DNA from: Amphiscolops sp. MND2022
Taxonomy: Eukaryota
DNA length: 64,000 nt
NCBI GenBank assembly: GCA_964187785.1
Contig: OZ076409.1
Coordinates: forward strand, 53,694,001-53,758,000
Reading direction: 5' to 3'
A model generated the notes under the pieces. That model searched no databases, was not told where the DNA came from, and saw only the letters and a program-made list of their open reading frames with translations. Position 1 is the first letter of the stretch, and every line of letters starts with the position of its first letter. Positions 36,988 through 51,225 of the stretch are shown here, in pieces. The position numbers and the translations under genes were made by a program.

Positions 36988-39900
36988 AGTGATATGAGAA
37001 GTGAGAATAATTGCAGCTCCCCTGAAAGTAAATCTTTATCGCCTTCAAATGAAATTTCATTCCAACAGGAAGACCAGTCGATAGTTTTGGAAGATGAAAG
37101 CGAATCTTTCCGTAATTCGGCCTTAGGTGTGAAAAAGTTTTTCTGTGAAACATGTGATTTTGCATGCTTTTTCGAAAAAACACTGCTGGATCATAAAATA
37201 AGTGATCATGACGGTGGTCTGGCTCATTTCTGTCAGAAGTGCGATCGACGTTTCAAAGAAAAGCAAGACGTGGAACATCATATTCTGGTTGAACATTTGC
37301 ATCCATCTTCTTATTGGCGGAAAGGATCTGCCAAGCAAAGGAGGAGTCTGAAAAACTTCAAGTGCGAGGAGTGTGGAAATTCATTTACCCAGAAACTCCA
37401 TCTTCAACGACATCTGAAAGTTCATGAGTTGCAAAAAGAGAGAAAGTGCGTAATTTGCGAGGTAAATTTTCTATCAGGCCAACAATTATATTATCTAATG
37501 TGATTGTCATTGTCATGATTGTTTTAAAGGCTCGCTCATGCAAATATTTTAGTTACTGAACGCTTTGTATTTCCATACATTTATTGATGTCGTTTTCTAA
37601 TGTAAGGCTTTCGTTGGAATTTCTATAGAGACAACCAACGGAAACTTATGATTGTCACCTGTATTTCAGAATTCTTTCGCGAGCGAAGACCTTTTGCTGA
37701 GTCACGTAAGAACATATCATACAGAATTCTCCGGTGAACTTTCACCTTCCAAAGCGCAAACAGGCCAAGCATGGCGTTGCACCAAATGTGGGAAGACCTT
37801 CAAATACCAAACAAACCTTCGCAAACACATTGTCAATGTACATGGTACTTTATCGGATGAAGAGGATGATGAAGATAACGAAGAATTGTTCACTTCAAAT
37901 GCAGATCCTGATTTTTCTCCGTCGCCGAAACGGAAGATACCAGAGCCAACTAACTGTAGCAAAAGTTTCGACAAATGTTAGTTTTTCCTGTTTAGTTCTG
38001 TATTTTTTGCATCATGTCATGTACTCATTGTTTTTAGCATCCTAAATGCTCACTGTTTCAGCTTTTAATGCCGAAAGAATTCTCAACAGTTTCTAAGCCA
38101 TTTGAACTGAAGCGAGCGCCTGTTAAGCTTTAAGCGAGGCACCGGCCTAAGCTATTCCTGTCTTGTTTCAAATGTTTTGGTTTTACTGCCATGCTTTTCT
38201 TTTCAGGTGAAGAAGAAACTAACGACAAAGTGTCAACAGATTTTTTGGAGAAGCCGGAATCCATAATCGATAGTAAGTTTTACCTCTGTGGTTATAATCT
38301 TTAGTTTTTCGGAATACGAATTTCAATAATTTTCACTGCTGAAATATGTGATGGTAAATCTGAGTGTAAAAATGAAGTATATGTATTCAGTTATCAAAAA
38401 TCGACCGAGTAAACTTTTTTACCGAAGTATCTAAATGCTCTAAACCTTTGAGTTTTTCATAGTATTTACCGAATCCTCGAAACTACTCGGTGTTTTTTCG
38501 GCACTGTTCTACTTTTTTCATGCCTCGTCTGTCCCCCCTTCGATTTTGTTCATGTTTCAAGTTAGGTCAATACGTTTCGAAAGTGTAAAGGTCCTCCTTC
38601 AGGGTTTTCGGTACTGTGCGACTTTTGTCGTCAATTTGGTTTTACAAGTAAGCTAGAAAGGCCAAACTTTTTTCGAACCCAGCAATGGTGAGTTGAGAAC
38701 GATTGGACCATTGATTCCGCACTGACATCAACCCGCCTGTTAGTCTTGCAATTACATCATCCTCAAAAACTGGAAATTTCATTAGTTTTGTTTTATTTTA
38801 CAAGGTATTTTGAATGAACACTTTGTCTTTGAAAGCAAAACTACATGATTTTGATTCGTTTCAGTTTTTGATTTAAGTCTCCTTTCATTTCAAGTTTTTC
38901 GTTTTTCTTTGAAGAACTGTGGTAAGTAGCTGAATAATTCGGTTTTCAGGATTGTCGATCATGTGTACGAAAACTGTGTCAAAGAACAGAAAACTTGTTT
39001 TTCATAACTTACGTTTATTTCAAGCATTTTTTTTCAATAAAAAGCTAATAACAAGCATGTTTTGAAGTCTTAATTTCTTGTTATCGAATTGTGTATATTC
39101 AAACCCACGGAAACGTACGTTATTTTGACAGTTTATGCTTTTTTGGGCATTTTGGGGCTTTAGAAAATAAAACTTCAGTTTCTCGTTTCGAAATTTTACT
39201 AAAAACATGACTTCGGACTTGAAAAAGCTCTGAGTAGCTAAGTGTTTCTTGGTTGAATTTTGTGAATTATTTTTAAAAAATACTCGAAAACAGTTCTAAA
39301 CTGCAACTGATCGGTCGAAAATTTTGAACTTTTTTGGAATTTTTTCGAGGTCTTTCTTAAGCACTTTTCAACAAAACACATCGGATTGCCCTCCACACTT
39401 ACGATAATGGGTGCTTTTTTCCGTGCGACAACTCTCGTTTCAGCCGGTAAGTCGCACAGTTCAGGAGTTCATGGTCTTGTGGTAAGATGCTTGCTTTTCA
39501 ACCCAGAGGTTTTACAAGCCGTGCTGCTTCCAAGCGGTCTATATTAGCCGCGACAGTTTTCCCCGACTGTTTATGTTGCCAAAGGTCCCCTCTTTGGTTA
39601 TTTTGAATTTTTCCACCCTACTGGTTGATAAAAAAGTCTAAAGGGTCCCCTCTTTTGCGTTTTTCGGCATAGTAAGACTTTTTTTGATTTTTTTAAAAAA
39701 ATTTTGTGGATCTGAATTCTGAATAGTAATATTCCCATATGGAAATATAGGCGGAAAATAATGTAACACTGCACGCGACCATAAAAGCATTGAACTATCT
39801 TGACAGTGTGGAACAGCAGTGTGTGTTAGCAGAAGATCACGACGTGTAAAATCGTGCGTGAAATCCGTATTGACATTTCCGTATAATCGACGATCAGAAA

Positions 39901-42900
39901 TAAGTTGAATGCTTTTCAATAATTTTTCTGTTGAAATTTCTTTCAATGACAACTTTATTCATGCCCGTTTTCACTCAGAAATTTACCCAATGAAATCCTT
40001 AGGTTTTGAGAATTACTCAACGTGAAAAATTCTTCTTAATTTGTTTGGTTTAAATATTGTAAAACTAGATTGTGAGAAAGTTATAGAAAGTTGCTGCTCT
40101 TTAAAACTAATGTAGGAAAATTAATCTTAGAAATTATCGTGAAGTTTGACCTTTTCTCCGTGAAATTGACAAAAAATCCTCGTAAATTCAAAATGCGATA
40201 GGTTAGAAGTATGAAAGAGTAAAATGCAAAATTCTGTCATTGATCATTTCCTGGTTCCATTTTGTCTTGAGTTATGATGAAATGTTCTAGATGTCTTGTC
40301 AGCTTCTGAAGCCGTGGACGAAATAGCAGCAACGCCTTCATCTGTTGATGATCTAACCACTAAAACTCCGCTTGAAGATTTGACGGAAAGAGCGAATACT
40401 CAGTTTCATGAACCAGCTGCTCCCAGGGTACACCGCTGTCTCATTTGTCGCTCCGTTTTTCCAAACTTCGATGAGCTGAAGCAACATGTCCTGCTTGTTC
40501 ATAAACCTCGCAAACCTGGTATGTGTAAATTGATTCCCATAAACCATTATTATATTGACCAAACTTCATGAACTGGGATGTAGCCTGAAAGTGTTAATCA
40601 ATCTTGTACTTTCTCATGGAATGAAAGTTTTGAGACAAAAACGTTTCGAATGTTTTCAGGTTTATTTTTAATTTGTTATCTGGAGAAAATATGTACACAT
40701 CCGGGAAACTATCATAGCAACAAACTAGAGCCATTTGAGCATAGAAGGCGGGAATTCTGTTGGAAATAATCTTCTCAAATGAAGCCACACATAGCATTGA
40801 GCTGTTTCTGATCAAGTAACATAACTTTTCGAAGTCTGTTGATTCCATTTTATCAAATTTTCTTCAAGGAGCTGTGGAAACTGCGAGTTTTTCACTACCA
40901 AAAAATGTCAAGTTAATCATGCGAGCTTTTTAACTTCCATGTGGTTGCATTTCAAATTAGGGTCCCTTTGTTCTCCTTATTCCGTTGAGAGCCTGCTACA
41001 AAATATAGCCTATGAGGAGTCCTTTGGATGCTTTGATGTTCCACGGAAATACTTGAAAAGAGTAGTATTCATGTCCAAAAACGTCATTCATTGTCATGTC
41101 TGTAATTCTGAAAGAAACTAACCATTGTAAGCCTCTACAAGAATAGCCGGCTAAAATGAAAAGCAGACAAGCCGTGAACTGCATAGATTGGCAGCCCGCT
41201 TAGGGCTCAAAAACAGCAAAAGTACTTCAAAGCAGCAAGGTTTCTCTTTTGAATGAATTCTCAATTTCACACTACCGGAAAAACCCATGGGGGAACCTTT
41301 GGACTTCGAAGGGTTTTTTGACTTTTATTCTCACAGGGTGGCCACGCTGTCAGGGCTACGAAAAATCTGTCAGGGCTGGCCACCATATGTCAGGGCCAAA
41401 CATTCATTGGCATTTCTAGTTTCCAATATCTTCAGTATCTGCATTTTTCAGATGATATGGCAGAATCAGCTCGTCCTGTGAAAGGTGTTTGTGTCTTTAA
41501 TGAGGAATGGTTAAGCAATGATAAATTTAAACAATGGATTGCACGGTCGACATGTGAAACGGAGTTTTGGTGCCGTTTTTGCAGGCAATCCTTCAAGCTG
41601 TGTAAGTATTATTCTCCTATACTATAATCTAATTATGTCCAAGCAGTTTTAACCCTAAATTTCACATTGTGCCATTAAAGATACAATTCCCGGCAGAATC
41701 CTTAGAGAAATAAAAAACGAGGCCCCGCGCAGCCCCATTGTCCCCATTAGATGCTATGAGTCGAGATTGAGTTGACTTTCAAAGGGTTAAATATGGTTTT
41801 GTGTTTAGCTAACGTGGGAAAACAGGCGTTGACAAAACATATGACCAGAAATAAGAAGCACATCGAGTTGGCTGCGCTAAGACGTCAAACTGCTGAACAT
41901 GAGCATGAGCATGATACTGAAGAACAAGAACGTCAAACAGTTAATCTTCAAACTGCAGATCCTGGCAGTCAGACAGTTAGTCAAACAGAAGAGCCAAGTG
42001 TTGCGCCAATATCAGTTGTACCAGCAATTGTCAATGACCAAACAAGAAAAGCTTTCGTCGTCTCTTGTCGGGACTATGTGACGCCAAGCAATTCTGTGAG
42101 AATGACGCTGATGCTGCAATAGACCAATACAAGGAGGTTATCGTGTCACCACGGAGCAGTGCTTCGTTAAATGATTTTGACGAATATAAAGATCGTCTTG
42201 ATGTACTGTACGGCCAGTGTGGAAAGTGGGTTTAGCATCAACAAAGCCATGGTTGATGACAACCAACAGTTGGAGACTTTGGCAGCACTGCGGCGCACTG
42301 AAGATGGGCTTCGTCATAGTGGTGGTGTGCAAAATTTCAAAGTAACAAAGGATGTCCTGTATCTGTCAGGGGTGCACGAACGAGATATGAGAAAGACATG
42401 AAGCAGAGACAAAGCGACGATGTAGTCGCCAGGAAGAGAAAAAGCGATGAGCAAATCCACGTTATATCCGCCAAGATTAAACGTCTAGAAGACGAATCTC
42501 ATCATCTTGCAGAAGCAGCTGACAAAAAGGCTCTTGAGGCAGAAAAGAAAGAAAGTTTGAAACTCATGTGTGAATCGAATGCATTACGAGCTGCTGCCAA
42601 ACAGCGAAAAGAAGAGGCCGCGAATGCTTCAGCCGAGTTGGCGAAGATGAAGTCAAATATTTAATTTGTTCTGTTGTTTCAATATAAGTTGATCTATATA
42701 ACAGTCTTCTGTTAAAAACATGTTGAGATTCATATGGTGTTTTTATACTTTTCTGGAGGATTTTGTCAGGGCCGTAGGTTTTATTTGGTCAGGGCAAGTG
42801 TCAGGGCTGTCAGGGCGTGAGAAAAATGTTAGAGCGTGGCCACCCTGTCTCACCAGAAACATAAGAAAAAACTAAAGCGAGAACCTTTTGGGCTCAAAAG

Positions 42901-44697
42901 GGTTTTTGGCTTTTATTCTCACCAGAAACATCGGAAAAAGAATAGCGAGAATCCTTTTTTGAAAAGGAAATTTTCCCAAAATAGTCGCATAATGCCGAAA
43001 AAAAACCAAAGGGGACCCTTTGGGCTCAAAAACATTTCCTATCCCAAAAGTTTGCTAATTTGTAGCGATTTCGTCAAAATTTGGCATTCGCCTTGAAATT
43101 TCAACCGGATTGAAAAGCACGACGAAAAGTAAGTTTTTTCATAAAACGCCGGCTAAAAAGGATCAGATGTTCAATTGGGTGCATTTCGGAAAGCTTTCCA
43201 TCTTATGTTATTTACATAATGTGAAAAACATCAAATAATGATACTTCAACATTAACAATTTGTATGACAATTTAATTGTAACAAGACCAACGCAGAGTCG
43301 TCACGATTTGGGTAAATAACACCCTTAAGCATTTAACAGTAAATAGCGTCCAAATTATGCAGCAATCTGCTTGAATCCATACTGAAAAGTAATCTTCGTA
43401 AAAAGATCAGTTAGACTCTGACCCATTGGAAAGAATGGAAATCTGTTCCCCGAAAATGTTTTTACTTTCCTCTAATTTATCTAAAACCAAGTTATGTGCA
43501 GTATTGGTTCGGTAAAAATCTCAAAGTTTTAATGGAAATTCTTAGATGGATTCTTTTTTCGTATAGATTCATTATATATTCGTATAGATTCATTATGTAT
43601 TCGTATAGATTCATTATATATTCGTATAGCATCATTTTCGTATATTCAAGACTTTTCTACATCTTTGCACTGGCTGAGGAATGCATCCCTTTTTCATCGA
43701 TATTTGATTGAGCTCATGCTTGTTTCAGCTGTGGTTCAACAACCGAGGAAGTGCCTAATCTGCAAACTAATGCTGCCAAATATAGAAAAGCTGAAAGAAC
43801 ACGTCCACTCCACTCATGCCCTTCAGTCTCAGTCACAAGCTCACCACGCCACCTCATCGTCATCTCATATCATCAAACAACATACCGCACCTAACGTAAG
43901 AGGAGTACTTATTTTTACCAGAACCTTATTGTTGTTACTTGAGAATTCCATTCGGTGCCACCATTGGGCATGTTGAAAGAAAAACGTCTCCGTTTTGCAT
44001 ATGACACGGAACTTGCTCTTTGGACCTATGTGGGTTATGCCTAATAATAATCAATCTTGAAATGATTGATTAGCTTTAGAACTTTTTCATTTAAAAAACA
44101 TGATTCCGTCAAAATTTAAAACGGTTTTGATTCCGTTAGTAGAAAGCATCAACAACAAATCGGAAACATACTGTGATCCGCACCCTTTTCATGAACTGAG
44201 GACTTTGGATCATTGGAAACTATTTTCAGCATTTCGATGAAACCACTGGATCATTGCCAGACGTAGACGAGTTCGGGTCCGCTACCGGTGACATTGAGCT
44301 GGACAGTCTCAGTGGATTTGACCCCGGCATGTTTGACACTTCTTTGACTAAATCCCCGGAACCTGCAGACACGTCTGTGGAAAACAAGGAGTACCAATGC
44401 AACGAGTGCAACCGAACCTTCAAATATCGATGGAACTACGACAGGGATCAAGAGATGCATCGCAACCAGGCCCAGAGATCTAAAGCTGCGGCTATTAAGG
44501 CATCTGGCAAGGAATGGATGTTGGATTGTCCACATTGTTCGGAACGGTTTATAGATAAAATAGCTATGATGCAGCATATCAAAAAAGCCCACGAAGCCCA
44601 ACCTAAACATGTATGCGAAATATGTGGTGAAACTTTCACCCGGAAGTACCTCTTGATCAGCCATGTTGAAACACAACATCCAGAAATGTTGGTGTGA
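36988..44697 (+). CDS. Multi-C2H2 zinc-finger protein (~10 fingers), at least 6 exons; 5' end uncertain
   Basis: Phase-consistent exons 36988-37461, 37670-37976, 38207-38272, 40291-40518, 43729-43895, 44230-44697 with GT-AG sites. One finger is split across an intron (CVICE|NSF..HVRTYH). Confidence 0.85.
41334..42847 (+). mobile_element. Internally deleted hAT5-like transposon in a zinc-finger gene intron
   Basis: TIR cagggtggccacgct/agcgtggccaccctg; 5-bp TSD tctca; BED-like W..CRFC; ASVESGFSINK; C-terminal coiled coil; gtcagggc sub-repeats. Confidence 0.85.
43559..43636. repeat. 21-bp minisatellite x ~3.5
   Basis: tcgtatagattcattat[ag]tat repeated. Confidence 0.9.
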
Positions 44698-45149
44698 AGA
44701 TACGCATGTGTGTTACTTAATTTCTATTGTCCAGTTTAGGCATTGATCATTGAAATGAAATTCCTCCACCTGACTTAAATTGGTAACATTGTTTCATTTT
44801 GTACAGAATACAGTTTTGTGAATAATTTATTTGCTTTGATTTGCGAAATTTTAATATCCGCTGAGTGAATTTCCTAGAAAAGCAAAATTTTAGAGACTCG
44901 GAAGTTTGACAGTGAACGTATATTGTTCAGAGTCTCAAACTTCTGTTTCCCTATCTAAGGACCGCGACTGAAAATTAGTATTATTGAGTACTCAAAATTA
45001 GTTTTACAGCTCGTCATATGAATGATTTCAAGTCCTTTTTTAAAATATATTATTCCCACGTCCTAGAAGCCGAAAATTTATAAATTGGGCGCGTATAAAA
45101 GAATCCTGACGTATCATTCTGTATTGTATCATGAAGTATCATCCTGTCG

Positions 45150-46020
45150 TATCATGAAGTGAAACGCAACTATTATGGTGACTTTTTTTCAATCCACGCG
45201 AACTGACCAAAATAGTTCTTAAAAGTTCTACGAAGTTCTATGGTGTAGTGCTAGCAACTGTAACTGAAACATGAAAACAACCGTGCTAACTGTAATTTTA
45301 AGTGAAAAGAAATTGTTTCAAAAAACTAAATTAAATTTCAATAACTCAAATGCATATCAGTTCAGAAGGTCCTTATTTGTGGCTATTATAGTACTTCATT
45401 TGATAGGCGCCGCAAGGGAACCTCAGACTGAATTGCATTTGCACAAAAAGACGCTCTGCGTCTACACCACTCCCCGAAAGGCCAAAGTTGTATATATGTA
45501 CGTATGTATACCTTGAAATTCAGAAAATATTTTCTAAATTCCAATTGTGAAAAACGTCAAGTTGTTTCATAACTGAATTATTAACTGAAATTGTCGAAAA
45601 AAATTAACTCCAACTGATTCATTCATTATTTATTCATTCAACTGTACTGTAACTGAAATCAGAAATCAATTCAGTTGCTAAAACTGCTATGGTGTCAAAT
45701 TGAAGCATTTGGCCCAAGGAACTGAACCAAAAAGATTTTTTTTCCTTTTCCGCGTAATATACAATACCCAGCGAGACTAAAGGGTCCCCTTTCAGTTTCT
45801 TTGGCGTTGTCAGTTTTTTTTCGAATTTTTTTCGCCAAAGGGTCCTTCTTTCAGTTTTTCGGCTTTGTGAGACTTTTTTTGAAAAAAAATATTGTCCTCA
45901 AAGGTCCCTTCAGTTTTTTTAAAGTTTTGCGACAGGAATATCGAAAATTCCAAAAGGTAAAGTCCTTTGCTATTTTTGAGCCTTAGATAAGGGGCCGAAT
46001 TATGCCGTTCCCGACTTGTT
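45150..46020 (+). mobile_element. Helentron/DINE-like non-autonomous element (agtcggcgc family), interrupted by a MITE
   Basis: Body matches 48740-49197 and 54838-55314; ends tatgccgttcccgacttgtt. Confidence 0.65.
45246..45686. mobile_element. hAT-type MITE
   Basis: Imperfect TIR tagtgctagcaactg/cagttgctaaaactg; exact 8-bp TSD ctatggtg. Confidence 0.85.
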
Positions 46021-46088
46021 TTTCATTGAATTGGTTTTGAAAAATCATATTCTAGTTTAATTCGTATGTATCACGTTTCCAGAAAAAA

Positions 46089-49000
46089 ATGGGATTCGGA
46101 GACCGAGGCGGTGGTTTTCGTGGCAGAGGGGGAGGAGGAGGTGGCCGTGGTTCTTTCCGAGGAGGGAGAGGTGGCGGTGGCTTTCAAAGAGACATGGGAC
46201 CTCCTGACTACGTCGACCTCATTGGAACCTTCGAACACCCAGCTGAGAATCTTCTTGTATGCAAAGCATCAAACTTACAGACTGTTCCTTTTTTCAACGC
46301 ACCCATCTACAATGAAGCAAAAGTGCAAATGGGAAAAATTGATGACGTATTTGGGCCCACTGCTAACTGGATGTTTTCAGTAACCCCAGACGAAAGTGTA
46401 AAGGCCAAGTCTTTAAAAGTTGGAACCCAGTTATTTATTGATCCTGCCCGAGTTTTGCCCCTGTCGAGGTTCACAAGTACCCAAAGCGGAGGAGTTTCCA
46501 AGAAACCTGCTGGGGCTAGAGGTGGAAGAGGTGGTTTTGGCAGCCGGGGTGGATTTGGAGGTAGGTTTCATAAAACCTTAACAGTCTTTCGATTAAACGT
46601 GAATTAAGGAAGATTTTTATTCCTAGCGAAGCAATCACTAAATGCAACGGGCTTTTCCCGGACCTCGCTAATCTACAGGTCACGAAACTTATCGCCTGCT
46701 TAGTTTTGCATTGTAAAATGCAATGTTGCTTTCTGATTATTATTGTGTTTATATGGAATATTGAAAGTTCGTAACGCCTAATGGTTTTGCGACTTTCTCA
46801 AAAACTGTCAACCTTTCCGGAATTTTGTATATCCAAAAATGATAAAACAAAAAAGTATTAAAGTGCAAACGTTTCTTTTATTCTTACCACCAGTATGACA
46901 CAAGTTTGCTAATTTTTTTACATTCAATACACTGGAAATCCTGTTTCACAGCTTAAAACATCGGACGCCAGTTATTTGGTTTCTAAATTTGTTAAAGATA
47001 TCCATCGTTTGATCACCACAAATATTCAGAATGTTTGCGTTCCTCAATGTTCACAAGTGGAGAGATAATCACAAATACGAAGTCTTAGATTTATGCCCAA
47101 TCTTAGTACCTGTACCGCAATTTTTAGTGGAGAATTCAATATTCCAGACGTATAAACATCCATGGCCTCAAAATCTGACAGTGCAAACAGTGTACAATGC
47201 TGAGTCGGGAGATAAGTTGAAACTTAACTTCTCAAGTACTAAAAATATCAAAAATCGAAGTTGCATTTCGATTGTTTTTAGCCGACGCATTTTGAAAATG
47301 TGCCTCCAACAATTACCGTGACTAGTTTTTGCACATGACGAAGTCAATGTGCATTGCAGTCCAGCTAAGTAAGTTTTTTCCACTATAGTCAACTTCATAA
47401 TGAGCGCCTTTTAGATAAAAGCCAAAACCCCAGGGAGATTCGAACCTGCAGCCTCCTGATTGCACGGCATAAGTGTTGACCACTGTGCCATAGGGACGTT
47501 ATTGAACAAAGTTGAACTGTTGAATATATACGCATGCGATTAAAATAATATATACGCATATTAAAATAATCGATGTCTTCGTCATGTGTTGCGAAGCACC
47601 GCTTCGCCTCTGTGTTTTAGTTTTTTTGTAAGACCACAGAATGTATGCGAATGGTCCACTTTTCAAGTGTTAGTTTACACCACCAGTAGTTAGGATGAGC
47701 ACTTCCCAGGTATGCGTTCTATTGCAAAACTTGGGGTTTTTGGCCAATTTATCTCTTTAATTTGGTCATTTTCTGATATTCTCGTTAAAAAGCGTTTTTA
47801 GAGGCCGCAGGTCGCCCTTTCGGACATTTTTTACCCATTGGAAGTTACGAAAATTTACCGACATCCACCCTGATCATTTCTATGACACTTCACACTTTTT
47901 GAGCTTTAAACGGGGCGGCGATTTTAGACGGTCACTTCCTGTTGTTTTGATGTAACTTTTCAGACAATTTTCATACATTTGCTACCAATTACAATCGCTA
48001 TCACCAAATTATCGCATTGCAATTTCTAATTGACATCCGGTTTCAGTTTGAAAGATGTCCTGTAGTCATGCCTTACCGCAGTTTAATGCAGACACTTCTT
48101 AGAATGCAATATGCGAAAATTGCTTCAGATGCCGACAGAAGTTTTTCAGCGTTCTCAACATTTGAGCTAATCTAAACATCCATTCTTCTGAACACTTCAC
48201 GGTATATTAACTTTGTTTCTAAAAGTTTTTCTTGGACTCCATGATCTAGTTTTACAATGCAGTTTTAGAATGTTCGAATCATTAGTAAATTTCTCTCGGG
48301 GACATGGTCACGCTTGCTCGACGCCACAGATTGTTCAAGTTTCCGGAAGTGATCAGAGCTATGCTAGTTAATTTGCTAGTTAATATCAGTGAATTTCTCA
48401 GAGGTTTTGGTTTTCATGTTTTTACTCGGCGCTTTTCTTTCAAGGAAAAAATCAACTATTACAGTGAATAGTTTTTTGTCTGTCTTCAGAAGGGCCTCAC
48501 TTTCCAGTTTTTTCGGCATTATGAAACTTCCCTCCTTTTTTCGGTTTTGTGAGACTTCCGAAATTTCCCTAATGTCTCTGAAGGGACCCTTGATCTTTTG
48601 ATGTTTTGCAACAGAATGGATGTTAAAAAATCTCAAAGGATTTAAAAATTCCCTCTTACATTTTTCGGCACTATGAGACTGTTCAAAATTCTCCTTTTTG
48701 TCTGATATTCGGTTTTCTCAATGTATATCCACCAATTTTTTTAGTCGGCGCTTCATGGAGTGAAACGCGACTATAATAGTGACTTTTTTTCAATCCACAC
48801 GAACTGGCCAAATTAGTTCTACAAAACATTAAGCGCCAAATTGGACCATTTGGCACAAGGAACTGAAATATAAAGTTGCTCCTTTTTTCAGCGTAGGATA
48901 CAATACCGGCGAGATTACAGGGTCCCCCTTTGTTTTTTTTTGTCATTGTGAGACTTTTTTTCGATTTTTTTCTCGAAGGGTCCTTGTTCAATTTTTTGAT

Positions 49001-51225
49001 GTTTTTTTGCGACAGAATTGATGTTAAAAAATCCGAAAGTGTCCCCCTTTTAACGCGCCAGTTCGGTCGTCTGGGTTTTTCGAAAGTGTTTCGAAACTTT
49101 TTTTGTGAGTGTAATACTTTGTTTTTTTGACAATGATGTTATTTTGCTATTTTTGAGCTTTATATATGGCGCCGTCTTATGCCGTTCCCGGCTTGTTCTC
49201 ATTACTATCCGAATTTGGAGTGGAGGTTTGAAAATATTGCGCAATATTCGAATTTTCGACGTTATTTTGGGACTATATTGCGTTTTACTTAAGGAGGAGG
49301 CGGAGGTTCGAAAACAATCGCTCTCGCTGAGGAGGAGGCGTAGTATCGAAAAAAAGCGCTCGCATTTGTCTCAGCATGCTACATCTGAACTCATGAAACG
49401 TTTTCCGAGCACGAAATACACCCTTTGGGTCTTTCGAAACTTTCGAGTTTTTCGTAAAAACGTCCTGGGCATGTTTCAAAAACTTGTGCTTTTTGAGCCT
49501 TAGGTATAGCGCCGACTTTAGACATTCCCGTCTTCTTCGAATATTTCTTAGGCCTCAAGTAATCGTATACAGACTGTTAGGTATTATTTTTATCCTATCA
49601 GACAAACAGTTCGAGAATCTTGAGTTGGTTTATGCGAAATAGTACCTTGTCTCTTTGGATCCTAGAATCATTGTTAATTTTAGTCATGATTACACTTGCG
49701 ATAAGCAAGTGTTATGGGAAAGTGCGAGTTTTTTTTCCGCGCGACAACTCGTTTCAGACCGCAAGTCGCATAATTCAGACTTTGTTGGTCTAGCGGTAAG
49801 ATGCTTGCTTTTCAACCCAGAGGGTCCGGGTTCGAACCCGTGCCTATGCGCTAATTTTTTTTTACAAATTTTCGAAGCAGAAGATTCTCACTTTTTTCGA
49901 CAATATGAGACTCCCCCTCCCCCATTTTCGGCTTTTTGAGACTTATTTTCGAAAATTTTTTAATGTCCCCAAAGGGTCCTCCCTTCATTTTTTTGATATT
50001 TTGCAACAGAACGAACGTTAAAAATTCAAAAGAGTCTCTTCTTTCAGATTTTTCGACACTATGAGACTGTTAAAATTTAGCATTTTTTTCGAAAATTTTT
50101 CGAAGTCTCCAAATGGTCCCCCTTCAATTTTTTTGAATTATCGCAAAAGAATGGATGTTAAAAAATCTCAAAGAACCCCCCTTTCACAGTTTTCGGCCTT
50201 GTGAGATTTTTCAAAAGTAATAATTTTTGTCTTAAAGTTAGGTTTTCTCAGGCTTAGCACGCTATATCCGATTTTTTTTCAAAGGCCGGTGTTTTTCATA
50301 TGCGACTTTTTCATTTTTTTTTCATCGAAGTCCCCCTCTATTTTTACCAAAAATGAAACGTTTTGTGACTCTAAAGGACTCGTCAAGGTTTTCGGCTCTA
50401 TGCGACTTCAAAAAATTGCCGGTGTTCTTCAAAAAAATTTTTCGAAAATATTTTGGAAAAATTTCGGAAAATTTTTGGAAAAAAAATTTCCTTCAATTTT
50501 CTGTTTTTTTTTTTAAGGTTTTCTGTTGAGGAAGATGGGTTTTTGCTGTTTTCAGTTGGGGAAGAATGGTTTTCGAGACTTATGCCCATCCCTTCGGGTA
50601 TTTTTTGGCGCTGTAAAATTGATGAAATTTTAACATACTCCTTTTACCCTTGGTTCTACGTATGATATTGCTTATTTGGTTTTCAAAACTTCGCAAGTGT
50701 TTGCGAAGCACGGCTTCGCCTCTGTGTACGAGTGATGATACTTAGGAGAGAACTTTCGTTCTCATGAAGCTTTGTTGACACGAACAGCAATCAAAACCAA
50801 TGATTAAGCCAATCGTTATGCAGGAAAATACTTCGTATCGATTACATTGAAATAGTTTTCTTGAATACGGTAACTTTGCTATACCTATTATTAGTCTACC
50901 TACCAATTTGTTACGGATACAAATAATTAATACAATGTCACAAATATTTTTAGGTCGAGGTGGAAGAGGCGGTTTTGGAGACAGGAGTCGCGACCGAGGA
51001 GGAGGTCGAGGTGGCTTCGGTGACAGAGGTCGTGGCGGCTTCGGCGACAGAGGTCGTGGCGGCTTTGGTGACCGAAGCTCCAGTCGTGGCCGAGATGGGG
51101 GTGGCTTCCGCGTTCGTGGAGGTTTCGGTGACAGAGGAGGTGGTGGCCGAGGTGGAGGATTCCGCGGAGGTCGAGGAGGAGGGGGAGGAGGTCGTGGTTT
51201 TCACAGAGGTGGAGGCGACTCATGA
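46089..51225 (+). CDS. GAR1: H/ACA ribonucleoprotein complex subunit 1 (Gar1), 2 exons
   Basis: Exons 46089-46560 and 50954-51225 (phase 1). RGG arms flank GPPDYV..VPFFNAPIY..GKIDDVFGP..FIDPARVLPLSRF. Confidence 0.95.
47330..47614 (+). mobile_element. Helentron/DINE-like element carrying an antisense tRNA-like cassette
   Basis: subTIR cacatgacgaag/cttcgtcatgtg and 3' hairpin gcgaagcaccgcttcgc. The - strand has A box tggcacagtgg and B box ggttcgaatct at ~47430-47495. Confidence 0.7.
48740..49197 (+). mobile_element. Helentron/DINE-like element (agtcggcgc family)
   Basis: 5' ttttagtcggcgc; 3' gcgccgtct followed by hairpin gccgttcccggc. Confidence 0.7.
49690..50726 (+). mobile_element. Helentron/DINE-like element (acacttgcga family) with tRNA-Glu-like cassette
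   Basis: 5' palindrome acacttgcgataagcaagtgt; 3' subTIR tcgcaagtgt plus hairpin gcgaagcacggcttcgc; tggtctagcggt..ttttcaa..ggttcgaaccc at ~49785-49850. Confidence 0.8.

Noticed and set aside
40594..41184. Short - strand ORFs in the zinc-finger gene intron
   Set aside because: No recognisable domain or splice structure.
49785..49850. tRNA-Glu gene (also 58258, 52130, 47430)
   Set aside because: Acceptor and anticodon stems do not pair properly, and each lies inside a dispersed repeat; treated as tRNA-derived cassettes.
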